In this document: piece by piece, positions 29,333 to 38,015 of the stretch
How the letters are laid out: every line of letters starts with the position of its first letter
Position numbering within the stretch: position 1 is the first letter of the stretch
Origin: an uncultured bacterium
Lineage (GTDB): Bacteria > Chloroflexota > UBA5177 > JANWHV01
Direction of reading: 5' to 3'
DNA length: 64,000 bases
NCBI GenBank assembly: GCA_963827235.1
Contig: CAWHAE010000005.1
Coordinates: 15,660 to 79,659 of the forward strand
Notes under the pieces: model-generated
What the model was told of the DNA's origin: nothing
The model's database searches: none
What the model saw: the letters and a program-made list of their open reading frames with translations, nothing else
Program-made: the position numbers and the translations under genes

Positions 29333-30079
29333 TTACGCACCGATCCGGATCTTGGCGTTGAAAGCGCCGAAGGCGATCGTGTCACCGTCCCGCAGTTCGA
29401 CGGCCTTGTTGTACTCCAGCATGCGACCATTGACGTACGTGCCATTCGTGGAACCCACGTCCAGGATGGAGAACGTGTTCCCGTCTCGACGAATCACTGC
29501 CTGGTGCCGCGAGACGCCGAAGTTCGGGTCTCCGCCGCCGAAGGGGATGACGTCCAGCTCCGGATGCCAGTCTTGCGCGATATCGGCACGCCCTACGTTG
29601 GTCACATCCTGCTTCACGGAGAACTCGGCATTGTCCGCGAAAGTGATGGTAAGCATGGGAGCGGGCAAGGGAGTGGCGGCCTGCGGGAACCCGGCAGCGG
29701 CCTGATCGGGCACGGCAGGCGCGGGCGGAGCGTCCGGCGCCGGCGTCGCGATGTCTGCGGGCGCCGAAGCGGCGACCGCTGGCGCCGGGGCAGCAGGGGC
29801 GTCGGCCGGCGCGGCCTCCGCGGCCGCCGCGGGCGCGGACACCGTGTGCGTGGCCTCTTGCGCGCTGGGAGCGGCGTTCGAGGCGTCATCGCCGAGCTGA
29901 TCGAGAAGCGCCTGTGCTCCGGCTATCGCGTCCGCCGCGGCCCCATCGCCCGCCGCGGCAGGCACGCTGGCCGGCGCCGGAGCAGCAGAAGCCTCGGGAG
30001 TAGGAAGCGCCGTGCCGCACTGCTCGCAGTACGCCATACCGGGAAAGTTCTCCGCACCGCATTGCGGGCACTTGATCAT
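29333..30079 (-). CDS. Zinc-ribbon + Ala/Pro linker + FHA domain protein
   Basis: CPQCG...YCEQCG; FHA signature GR...VSRHQA...D.GSTNGTYVNG. Confidence 0.92.
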   Translation of the reverse strand: MIKCPQCGAENFPGMAYCEQCGTALPTPEASAAPAPASVPAAAGDGAAADAIAGAQALLDQLGDDASNAAPSAQEATHTVSAPAAAAEAAPADAPAAPAPAVAASAPADIATPAPDAPPAPAVPDQAAAGFPQAATPLPAPMLTITFADNAEFSVKQDVTNVGRADIAQDWHPELDVIPFGGGDPNFGVSRHQAVIRRDGNTFSILDVGSTNGTYVNGRMLEYNKAVELRDGDTIAFGAFNAKIRIGA

Positions 30080-30222
30080 GGTTGAGACATCCTTTCACTG
30101 AAGATTGTCGCGCCCTGCCACATCGTGACAAGAGCAGACGCCGCGTATTGGGATGACTCCTCACTCCGGAACACTGCCATTCGACATGGCGCAGCACCCG
30201 GAGTGAACCGGCCGAATAGCGA

Positions 30223-31509
30223 TCAGGAACCCTGCTCTTGATTCTGGGGCAGCACGAGCTTCCTCGTGCCGCTGGTCAGCTTCTTCGTGGCAGACGAGTC
30301 GGCGATTGCCGATGTGGTCCCCGCGTCCTTGAGCTGCAGTTTCATCGTGCTGACCGTCTGCTGAATGAAGCCGGGATCCGCTCCCACGCGCTCGAGGCTC
30401 TGCTGCAGGATGTTGAGCTTCTGCGTCGCACCGGGCACGTCGCCGGCCTGAGCGGCCTGCAGAAGCTGCGTTTGCGCCGTCTCGACTGCCGCGTGATCCA
30501 CGTATTTCTTGACGTCGGGATTCATGGGTGGGAACCCGGTGACATCGGCGAGCTGCACGGTAAAGTCGTCCGAACGCACCTCGAGACCGCTATTGGGGGG
30601 CTGGTCGTAGCGCAAGGTCAGCGTAGCGACTTGAAATTCGCTGGCAAAGCCTGCGCCGCCCTCGTAGACGTATTCGACGAGCAGGGTCATGCCGTCGCGC
30701 TGCACGTCGCCCAGGCTCACTTCGGTATGGCGATTCGTGGGTGTCACCGGCGTGAAGTCGAACGACTTGAGCTCGGGAGCCACCTCGTGTATCCGCTTTG
30801 GCCGGAACCGCTGCCGGTAGTCCATGAGCAGCACGGCATTGGTCAACACCGTGGCCTGGACGGTGACCAGCACCTCTCTGAAGAAATCGGCGACCGACTC
30901 GGCGCGATCGATGTATTCCGAGACGCCGCGCGCGCTGCGCGACATCTCCGTCAGCAGGCGTCCGTTATAGTCGTCGCCGATTCCGCCCAGCATAAGGGGG
31001 ATCTGCGTCTGCTCAGCAAGCTGATAGCAGCGATCCTCATCGTTCGTCTGGCCGTCCGTAAGTACGACGATCTTGCGCACCGCGCTCTGGGCGGGCAGGG
31101 CGTAGAACTGCTGCTGAGCCGCGGCAATGCCGTCGCCCATCAACGTGCCGCCGTCCGCGCGTAGATTCCGGATCGCGTTGTGCAGGCGACTCCGGTCGCC
31201 GGTCACCACCGTCGCGGGTACCAGGATCTGCACGCGATCCGAGAAGGCAATCAGGCAGATGGCGTCGCCATCCTGAAGCTGGTTCACCACATTGGCCGCC
31301 GCGGCCTTGACGAGATCGATCTTCCGCTGGCCGCGGGCCTGAATCTGACCGTCCATGCTGCCGCTCGTGTCGATGACGAGGCCGATCTGCACCTGCGGGC
31401 GAGTCCGCACGGCGATGTCCGGATGGATCCTGACCGCTGCGTAGTTAGCCGCCGGAGAAGCTACCGGGATGTTGGCATAAGCAGGGATAATCTCAAGGGT
31501 AGTCGGCAT
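30223..31509 (-). CDS. von Willebrand factor A (vWA) domain protein
   Basis: MIDAS DTSGSM, GGT, LTDGQ; C-terminal Ig-like and helical region; GGAG RBS. Confidence 0.92.
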   Translation of the reverse strand: MPTTLEIIPAYANIPVASPAANYAAVRIHPDIAVRTRPQVQIGLVIDTSGSMDGQIQARGQRKIDLVKAAAANVVNQLQDGDAICLIAFSDRVQILVPATVVTGDRSRLHNAIRNLRADGGTLMGDGIAAAQQQFYALPAQSAVRKIVVLTDGQTNDEDRCYQLAEQTQIPLMLGGIGDDYNGRLLTEMSRSARGVSEYIDRAESVADFFREVLVTVQATVLTNAVLLMDYRQRFRPKRIHEVAPELKSFDFTPVTPTNRHTEVSLGDVQRDGMTLLVEYVYEGGAGFASEFQVATLTLRYDQPPNSGLEVRSDDFTVQLADVTGFPPMNPDVKKYVDHAAVETAQTQLLQAAQAGDVPGATQKLNILQQSLERVGADPGFIQQTVSTMKLQLKDAGTTSAIADSSATKKLTSGTRKLVLPQNQEQGS

Positions 31510-31657
31510 GGAGGATCAGCTCTCCTTACAGCTAAGAACGGCGCAGCTGTAACGGACACCACCGTGCCCGGATTGCACCGGACAACTCGATCGCGCACGG
31601 GACAAGGTCTCGCCTGAAGCCGCGAGCCGGGCGACCGTCCGTGCTCTGGGCGGTTCG

Positions 31658-31666
31658 ATTATAGCA
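31658..31666 (-). promoter_or_regulatory. Extended -10 promoter TGCTATAAT for vWA operon
   Basis: Perfect TGnTATAAT ~150 bp upstream of vWA start. Confidence 0.6.
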
Positions 31667-31746
31667 CACCCCCATTCTTCAGCGATACCGAACGCAAGCG
31701 ACGCTCCTCGGCCGAAAGGCACCGTTCACACGGTACATCGATCGCT

Positions 31747-32640
31747 TCAGATGCTCCCGCTCAAATAGGCAAAGGCGTGCCGCACGGCCACGCCGAGCGC
31801 CGGCGTGGCGCGCCGATAGTACTCCACGTACCGCGCGGCTTCCTCCGGGCTCAGCGCCCGATCAATTGCCTGTCGCAGCGTCGCGGTATTGGGGTAGGCA
31901 CCGCCGTCGAGCATGGTCTCGATCCACTGTGCGTCCTTCCGCTCGCGCCTCAATCCCAGATGAAGCTCGAGGTCCAGGCGCGAGAACGCGGCTTCGTCAA
32001 AAAGCCGGAAAAGGTCTCGCTCGTCCGAGGCCATTGCGCCGCTGGGCTCGGAGGGCTTCGAGGCGAAGAACACCTCCTCCACGCGAACCGCGAGGTCGGC
32101 GACGGGCCCGGGATCGATGCCGAACAACGGCCTGTCGAGCGCAGTGGTGGTAACGGGCTCGAAGAGAGAGATCCGGCCTCCCGGGCGCAGTACCCGGCGA
32201 ATCTCCGCCACCGCGGAGCGCTTGTCGAGCACGTACATCAAGACCGAGCGCGTGAGCACCGCGTCGATCGAGGCGTCCGGCACGTCTGCCAGATCCACCG
32301 CGCTGTTGCGGATGAAGCGCATGCGGTGCGAGACCTGCGCGGCGGCCGCTATGCGAGCACACTCGTCCAGCACGTCCTGGGATATGTCGTCCACTACTAC
32401 CAGCCCCGCCTCGCCCACCCGATGAAGGGCGCCAAAAGCGAGCAGGCCAAAACCCGATCCGATGTCGAGGACATAGTCACCGGGGACGAGCTGCGCCCGA
32501 TCGAGAACGCGATCGCGGATCGATGTGAGAAAATCCAGCGTGTCCTTCCCGTGCGGTCCGCGTAAACGTGACTGCAGAAGCCACGTGCTCCAGCACTCGA
32601 GCTCGTAGTTCAACGCGTCGCTCCCGAGCGTCCCAGTCAT
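31747..32640 (-). CDS. Class I SAM-dependent methyltransferase
   Basis: VLDIGSGFG, DIS, RVLRPGGR. Confidence 0.88.
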   Translation of the reverse strand: MTGTLGSDALNYELECWSTWLLQSRLRGPHGKDTLDFLTSIRDRVLDRAQLVPGDYVLDIGSGFGLLAFGALHRVGEAGLVVVDDISQDVLDECARIAAAAQVSHRMRFIRNSAVDLADVPDASIDAVLTRSVLMYVLDKRSAVAEIRRVLRPGGRISLFEPVTTTALDRPLFGIDPGPVADLAVRVEEVFFASKPSEPSGAMASDERDLFRLFDEAAFSRLDLELHLGLRRERKDAQWIETMLDGGAYPNTATLRQAIDRALSPEEAARYVEYYRRATPALGVAVRHAFAYLSGSI

Positions 32641-32674
32641 GAGCGTTCAGATGGGTGCAGTATACCGTGACTGG

Positions 32675-32703
32675 TTGACAATATAATGTGGTGTCGTTAG
32701 CAT
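32675..32703 (+). promoter_or_regulatory. Sigma70 promoter of miaB
   Basis: TTGACA - 17 bp - TAGCAT. Confidence 0.7.
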
Positions 32704-32722
32704 CGTTGTACATTCTGGAGGG

Positions 32723-34027
32723 GTGGCAAGCACGGACATGCACCGTTTTCACGTCTGGACGATCGGCTGCCAGATGAACGTAGCCGAGAGCGCGGCGATT
32801 TCCCTTGCCCTGCGCAAACGTGGTCTCAAAGCGGCCGCGTCCATGGATGACGCGGACCTCGTCATCCTGAACTCCTGCACGGTGCGCGAAAGCGCTGAGC
32901 AACGCGTGCAGGGCCAGCTCGGCATGCTGGCCTACCGGCGGCAGCACGATCCGGACCTGATGATCGCGCTGACCGGCTGCTCCGTCGAGCCCGACCTGGC
33001 TGCGATGGAGCGCCAGCTGCCCATGGTCGACTTCTTCTTCCGGCCCGGCGCACTGGGCCACTTCCTCAGCCAGCTCGAAGCCCGCGAGATCACTGGCCTG
33101 CCGCTCGTGCCGGAGCCCACCATGGGTCACGAGCAGCCCGTGAGCACGTATCTCACGGTCATGCAGGGCTGCAACAAGTTCTGCACCTTCTGTATCGTTC
33201 CCTACCGGCGCGGACGCGAGCGAAGCAAGCCGGTTGCCGATGTGGTGCGGGAGGTCGAGGCCCTCGTGGCGCGTGGCGTCAAGGAGGTGACCCTGCTGGG
33301 CCAGAACATCGACACGTATGGGCATGACATTGCCACTCCCAGTCACCTCGCCGAGCTGCTGGAAGCAGTCGACGCGGTGCAGGGCATCGAGCGCGTGCGC
33401 TTCATGACCTCGCATCCCCGCAACATGGACGACCGCCTGATCGAGGCGGTGGCGCAGCTGCCTCGCGTGTGCGAGCACATCCACGTGGCCATCCAGTCGG
33501 GCGACGACGGGGTGTTGCGCCGCATGCGTCGGGGATATACCGGCGAGGCCTGCGTGACTCTGGCGGAGCGCATCAAGTCGACGATCCCCGGCGTTGCCAT
33601 CTCCACCGACGTCATCGTGGGGTTCCCCGGTGAGACCGAAGAGCAATTCCGGCGCACTCTGGACGTGCTGGCGGCCTGCGCATTCGACAAAGTGCACACG
33701 GCCTGCTACTCGCCGCGCAAAGGCACGGTGTCCGCCACCTGGGCCGATGACGTGCCGCAGGAGATCAAGGAAGAAAGGCTCCACAGAGTCGAGGCGCTCC
33801 AGGAGCCCATAGCGGCGCGCCGCAACGCGGCGTTCATGGACACGATGGTGGAAGTGCTGATCGAGGATTCCCAGTCGGCGCGCAAGGACACGCCGCAGTG
33901 GCGCGGGCGCACGCGATCCGGCAGGCTCGTCTACCTGCCTCGAGAAACTGAAGATCGGCGCGGACATCTCTTGCACGCGCGGGTGGTCAAGACGAGCCCA
34001 TGGGCCCTGCAGGCCGTGCCGGCATAG
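32723..34027 (+). CDS. miaB: tRNA-2-methylthio-N6-isopentenyladenosine synthase (radical SAM)
   Basis: GCQMN, NSCTVRE, GCNKFCTFCIVP..RG.E.S, FMTSHP, TDVIVGFPGET, TRAM domain. Confidence 0.93.
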   Translation: MASTDMHRFHVWTIGCQMNVAESAAISLALRKRGLKAAASMDDADLVILNSCTVRESAEQRVQGQLGMLAYRRQHDPDLMIALTGCSVEPDLAAMERQLPMVDFFFRPGALGHFLSQLEAREITGLPLVPEPTMGHEQPVSTYLTVMQGCNKFCTFCIVPYRRGRERSKPVADVVREVEALVARGVKEVTLLGQNIDTYGHDIATPSHLAELLEAVDAVQGIERVRFMTSHPRNMDDRLIEAVAQLPRVCEHIHVAIQSGDDGVLRRMRRGYTGEACVTLAERIKSTIPGVAISTDVIVGFPGETEEQFRRTLDVLAACAFDKVHTACYSPRKGTVSATWADDVPQEIKEERLHRVEALQEPIAARRNAAFMDTMVEVLIEDSQSARKDTPQWRGRTRSGRLVYLPRETEDRRGHLLHARVVKTSPWALQAVPA

Positions 34028-34124
34028 AACGCCCGGTTTTGCGCGCCATGGCGTAGCGACATACGGGTCGCCGGCATGCGCAGGTATCCTATTCTATGGT
34101 GACGAAAGGACATGAAAGACGAAG

Positions 34125-34937
34125 ATGAATGAGCTGCAGCAAGAAGAGCGCCAGCGCGACCGGCGCAGGCTGATCGAAGAGTCGATCAAAGCGGCCATGA
34201 GCAATTCATGGGAAGAGGCCGCGGACAAGAATCGGAAGCTCGTCGAGCTCTTCGAGCCCGACGTCGAAGCCTGGAATCGTCTCGGCAAGGCCTACGCCGA
34301 GCTCGGGCGCATCGGCGACGCGCGCGAAGCGTATGCACACGCCCTGCGCATCGAACCCGGTAACGCCATCGCCAAGCGCAACGCCGAGCGCTTGAGCCTG
34401 ATCCGTGAAGAAGTCCTGCCCGTCTTCCGCGACCGGCACGACTCGGTAGACGCCCGATTCTTCATCGAGGAGACCGGCAAGACGATAGCCCGCTCCATAT
34501 TCACGGCCGTGCCCAAGGAAGTGCTGGCCAAGCTCTCAGCCGGAGATCGCCTGAAGCTGGAGCCGCGCGCCGATCTGGTGGCCGTAGCCGCGACCAGCGG
34601 CCAGGAGCTGGGCATGCTGGACGGGAAGCTCAGCAGCCGGCTGGTCGAGCTGATCGACGGCGGCAACCAGTACGAGGCTGCCGTGGTGCGCATCGAGGGA
34701 CGCTATATTCGCGTCATGCTGCGCGAGACCCATCAGGCCCCGCGGCTAACCGGTCGCGTCTCCTTCCCGCCCGAGACCAGCAGCGGCTTCAAGCCGTACA
34801 CGAAGGATACCCTCGTACGGCAGGACCGCATGATCGAGGACGAGGAAGACGCATACGGCACCTACGAGCCGGAATCCGACGAGATCGCCGACGTGGACGA
34901 CCTCAGCGACACCTACGACGATAACCTCGACGGCTGA
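34125..34937 (+). CDS. TPR-repeat protein with beta-rich C-terminal domain and acidic tail
   Basis: AWNRLGKAY..LG...A..AY..AL...PGN.IA TPR; FIEETGK. Confidence 0.8.
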   Translation: MNELQQEERQRDRRRLIEESIKAAMSNSWEEAADKNRKLVELFEPDVEAWNRLGKAYAELGRIGDAREAYAHALRIEPGNAIAKRNAERLSLIREEVLPVFRDRHDSVDARFFIEETGKTIARSIFTAVPKEVLAKLSAGDRLKLEPRADLVAVAATSGQELGMLDGKLSSRLVELIDGGNQYEAAVVRIEGRYIRVMLRETHQAPRLTGRVSFPPETSSGFKPYTKDTLVRQDRMIEDEEDAYGTYEPESDEIADVDDLSDTYDDNLDG

Positions 34938-35027
34938 GTGACGCCCGGCACCCGGCCCCTGCACGACTGCAGAGGCCGGGTGCCACCGCTACCTCTTCCC
35001 CTGCCTGACGGCCTGAGCGGTGGATAC

Positions 35028-35258
35028 TCAGCGAACCGCGCTCTTCCTGGCGGATGCGCGGCGGGTTGCCATCCAAAGCGGCAGCGGCACCAGGAGACAG
35101 AGCAGCCCGATCACCACCAGCACGCTGATCAGCGTGGCCACCGGAGCGTTCCCGAAGTCCATCGCGGCTTCGTAGAGCACCCAGAACAGTACGGTGCCGG
35201 AACCCACGATCGTCATCACCCAACCGACGATAGTTAGTGCGCGCCTGTCCGTCCTCAT
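35028..35258 (-). CDS. Small 2-TM membrane protein
   Basis: AGGAGG RBS; two hydrophobic helices; 21 bp after qcrC. Confidence 0.7.
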   Translation of the reverse strand: MRTDRRALTIVGWVMTIVGSGTVLFWVLYEAAMDFGNAPVATLISVLVVIGLLCLLVPLPLWMATRRASARKSAVR

Positions 35259-35279
35259 AGCGGCGGTTCCTCCTCCTGG

Positions 35280-36521
35280 TCAGTTGTCCTTCGCCCCCTG
35301 GTCGATCCAGGAAGCAATGGAAGCGATCTGCGCGGATGTCAGATAGGGCGGGCCGCTGGCAGGCATACGGACCGAGCCGGGCCACGGGCCGTTCGGCTGC
35401 GTTATCTGCCACAGGAGGCTGTGCGCGTGATCGCCGGGCACTACGACCTTGCCGGGCACGAGATTGCCGCCTTTGATCACGTTGTCATAGCTGCCCAGGT
35501 TGAGACCGCCGGACGTTGTCTGGATGTGGCAGACCGCGCAGCGCGCCTGGAAGATCGTCTCAATATCCGCCTTGAACGACACCTGGCCCGCGCTCGTTCC
35601 GGACGTCGATCCGCTGGCCGTCGCACTGCTCGCGGCCGCGGCTGCTGTCGTCGAGGCCGGGGATGGCGCCGCCCCGCCCGTGGACTTCTTCCCGCCGGAC
35701 GGGGTGAGCCCGTCGATCCAGGAAGCGAGTGTCGCTTCGTCGGAGGCCGAGAGGTAGGGGCCGCCATAGGGCATGCGCTGCTCTCCCGGATACGGGCCCT
35801 TGGCTTGTGTGATCTGCCACAGAATGCTCTTAGCATGGTTGCCCGGCACGACCACCGAACCCGGCACCACCGTGCCTCCCGCCTCGAGCGAAGCGAAGCT
35901 GTCGAGCTTCAGCCCGCCTGAGTTGGACAGGAGGTGGCAGGTGGCGCAGCGCGCCTGAAAGATGGATGCGACCGCGGGACTGATCGTGTTTCCCGACGCG
36001 CCGCCGCCCGACGAGCCCGAGGCAAGCGAGCTCGTAGTGACGAAATTGGGCTTGGGGAAGCCGAGGCCACCCCACATCAGAACCATGACGCCGATCATAC
36101 CGGCGGTCATGAAGGTGAGCGCCAGTGGCCGGCGCACGATCTTGCGCGCCCAGTTGCGGTCGTAGAACGGCAGACCAACCAGCAGCAGAACGACGATCGT
36201 CGGAATGATGATTGTGCCGACGGGAACCCAGAACCCGGGAAAGTACTTCAGCAGCTGGAACAGGAACATGAAGTACCACTCGGGTTTCGGATCGATGGCC
36301 GCGTGGTTCAGCGGGTCGGCCGGATCCTGCAGCGGAGCCGGATTGGTGATGGCAAGGAAGAGCAGCGCTGCGAAGATGCCGGTGATGTAGAAGATCGCCT
36401 GGAACGGCACTTTGGGGAAAAACCGATCGCCGTACCTCGCCTCCTGGCGGGACGGCACGGTGATACGCACCGGCTTCCTGTCCGGAGGCTGCATGCCGCG
36501 GGGCGCTGACGGGTTCTCCAT
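35280..36521 (-). CDS. qcrC: Cytochrome b subunit IV fused to two c-type cytochrome domains
   Basis: PADP, KPEWYF, LPFYDR; heme motifs CATCH and CAVCH each followed by a distal RMP. Confidence 0.85.
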   Translation of the reverse strand: MENPSAPRGMQPPDRKPVRITVPSRQEARYGDRFFPKVPFQAIFYITGIFAALLFLAITNPAPLQDPADPLNHAAIDPKPEWYFMFLFQLLKYFPGFWVPVGTIIIPTIVVLLLVGLPFYDRNWARKIVRRPLALTFMTAGMIGVMVLMWGGLGFPKPNFVTTSSLASGSSGGGASGNTISPAVASIFQARCATCHLLSNSGGLKLDSFASLEAGGTVVPGSVVVPGNHAKSILWQITQAKGPYPGEQRMPYGGPYLSASDEATLASWIDGLTPSGGKKSTGGAAPSPASTTAAAAASSATASGSTSGTSAGQVSFKADIETIFQARCAVCHIQTTSGGLNLGSYDNVIKGGNLVPGKVVVPGDHAHSLLWQITQPNGPWPGSVRMPASGPPYLTSAQIASIASWIDQGAKDN

Positions 36522-36523
36522 GA

Positions 36524-37285
36524 TCAGTGGCGCCCTCCCCCGCGCACGACTGCCTCCTCACCTTCCAGCACGAGACCGTCGGCCTCGCTCACGCCCTGGA
36601 TATTGGTGAGCAGAATGTGCACGCCTATCAGCGTGATAATCAGTGCCGGCAACACCAGCATGTGTATGGCGAAGAACCGCGTCAGCGTGTCGCCGTTGAG
36701 GGTCGGTCCGCCACGCAGGAGCAGGCCGATCGTGGGGCCTAGGAACGGAGCTGTGGCGCCGATATTCACGCCTACCTGGGTGGCCCAGTACGCTTTCTGG
36801 TCCCACGGCAACAGGTAGCCGGTGAAGGCGAATCCCAGCGTCACCAGCAGCAGGGCCACGCCTGTGAGCCAGGTTAGCTCGCGCGGATACTTGTAGGCAC
36901 CCACGTAGAAGCCGCGCAGCATGTGCGCGAACACGAGCACCACCATGAAGTAATTGCCCCAGTAGTGCATGCTGCGGATGAGCGATCCCATAGGGACCTC
37001 ATGCATGATTGTGTTGATGCTGGTCCAGGCGATGGTTGGCGCCGCCTTGCCCGTGTTGGGATCGTAGGAGTATGGCGTGTGCGCCGAGGCATTGTAGAAC
37101 ATCGCCAGCAGGATGCCGGTGACCATCTGGTTGATGAAGACGAAGAGGGTCGACTCACCAAGGTAGTCCAGCGGATGCACCCGCTTGGGCACCGGGTGGC
37201 TCAGCGCCGCGTCCACCACGCCGGCCACGTGCAGCCGGTCGTCGACCCACCGCATCGCCGGGTTCATGCGAGCTTGGCGTGCCAT
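36524..37285 (-). CDS. qcrB: Cytochrome b6-type (split) cytochrome b
   Basis: RSMHYW...HMLR, PRELTW, FTGYLLPWDQ.AYW, RFFAIH...H. Confidence 0.93.
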   Translation of the reverse strand: MARQARMNPAMRWVDDRLHVAGVVDAALSHPVPKRVHPLDYLGESTLFVFINQMVTGILLAMFYNASAHTPYSYDPNTGKAAPTIAWTSINTIMHEVPMGSLIRSMHYWGNYFMVVLVFAHMLRGFYVGAYKYPRELTWLTGVALLLVTLGFAFTGYLLPWDQKAYWATQVGVNIGATAPFLGPTIGLLLRGGPTLNGDTLTRFFAIHMLVLPALIITLIGVHILLTNIQGVSEADGLVLEGEEAVVRGGGRH

Positions 37286-37292
37286 TCTCGAC

Positions 37293-37817
37293 CTACACCC
37301 TCCCCGTTATCGTGATCGAGCCGCCGCCCAGGCTGAAGTGATGCTGGTGGAGCGGATCCGCCGCCGGTCCATGATGTACGGACAGATCGCGATTGAACTG
37401 GCTGCCGTGGCACGGGCACTCGAAGCGGTTGTCGTTGGGCGCCCATTGCACCGGGCAGCCGAGATGCGTGCACGTCTGTTCCACCACGCGAATGTTGTCC
37501 GCGGCGAGGCTACCGTTGCTGTCGATCTGCTCGACGAACAGCCCGACCACCACGCTGCCATCGGGAACGGTGGGATGGTTAAAGGGCCCGGCCACGCCGT
37601 TCTGGAACGCCAGCAGCCTGCCGGTGTTCGGATCGACGACGCCGGCGCCCGACAACGAAACCTTTTGGGCCGGCTCGTCCGTGCTCTTGGGGTACAGGTA
37701 CCTGAGCAGCGTGCCAACGTAGAACAGGCCGATCAGCGTGCTGATGCCGCCGAAGAAGGCCACCATGAACCGATTGCGGCTGACCGTCACCGAAGGTCGC
37801 GCCAACTCCACTGCCAT
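37293..37817 (-). CDS. qcrA: Rieske 2Fe-2S subunit
   Basis: Tat-like SRNRF + TM; CTHLGC and CPCHGS; AGGAGGAG RBS. Confidence 0.93.
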   Translation of the reverse strand: MAVELARPSVTVSRNRFMVAFFGGISTLIGLFYVGTLLRYLYPKSTDEPAQKVSLSGAGVVDPNTGRLLAFQNGVAGPFNHPTVPDGSVVVGLFVEQIDSNGSLAADNIRVVEQTCTHLGCPVQWAPNDNRFECPCHGSQFNRDLSVHHGPAADPLHQHHFSLGGGSITITGRV

Positions 37818-38015
37818 GCACTCCTCCTGAACGCCGTCACAGTATGGGCGTCGCACCGATGCCCAGTCCCCCATGACGAAAGCGCATGAACAGCCGCCTG
37901 CGCCCTCGAAACCGCGCCTTCTTCCGGCTATGGATCGAGGTCATGCCATGTGTAGGGGAATGGCCCTTCAGTATACCTGTGGGTCAGCGGAGACGGAAAT
38001 GACGGCCCTGGCCTT

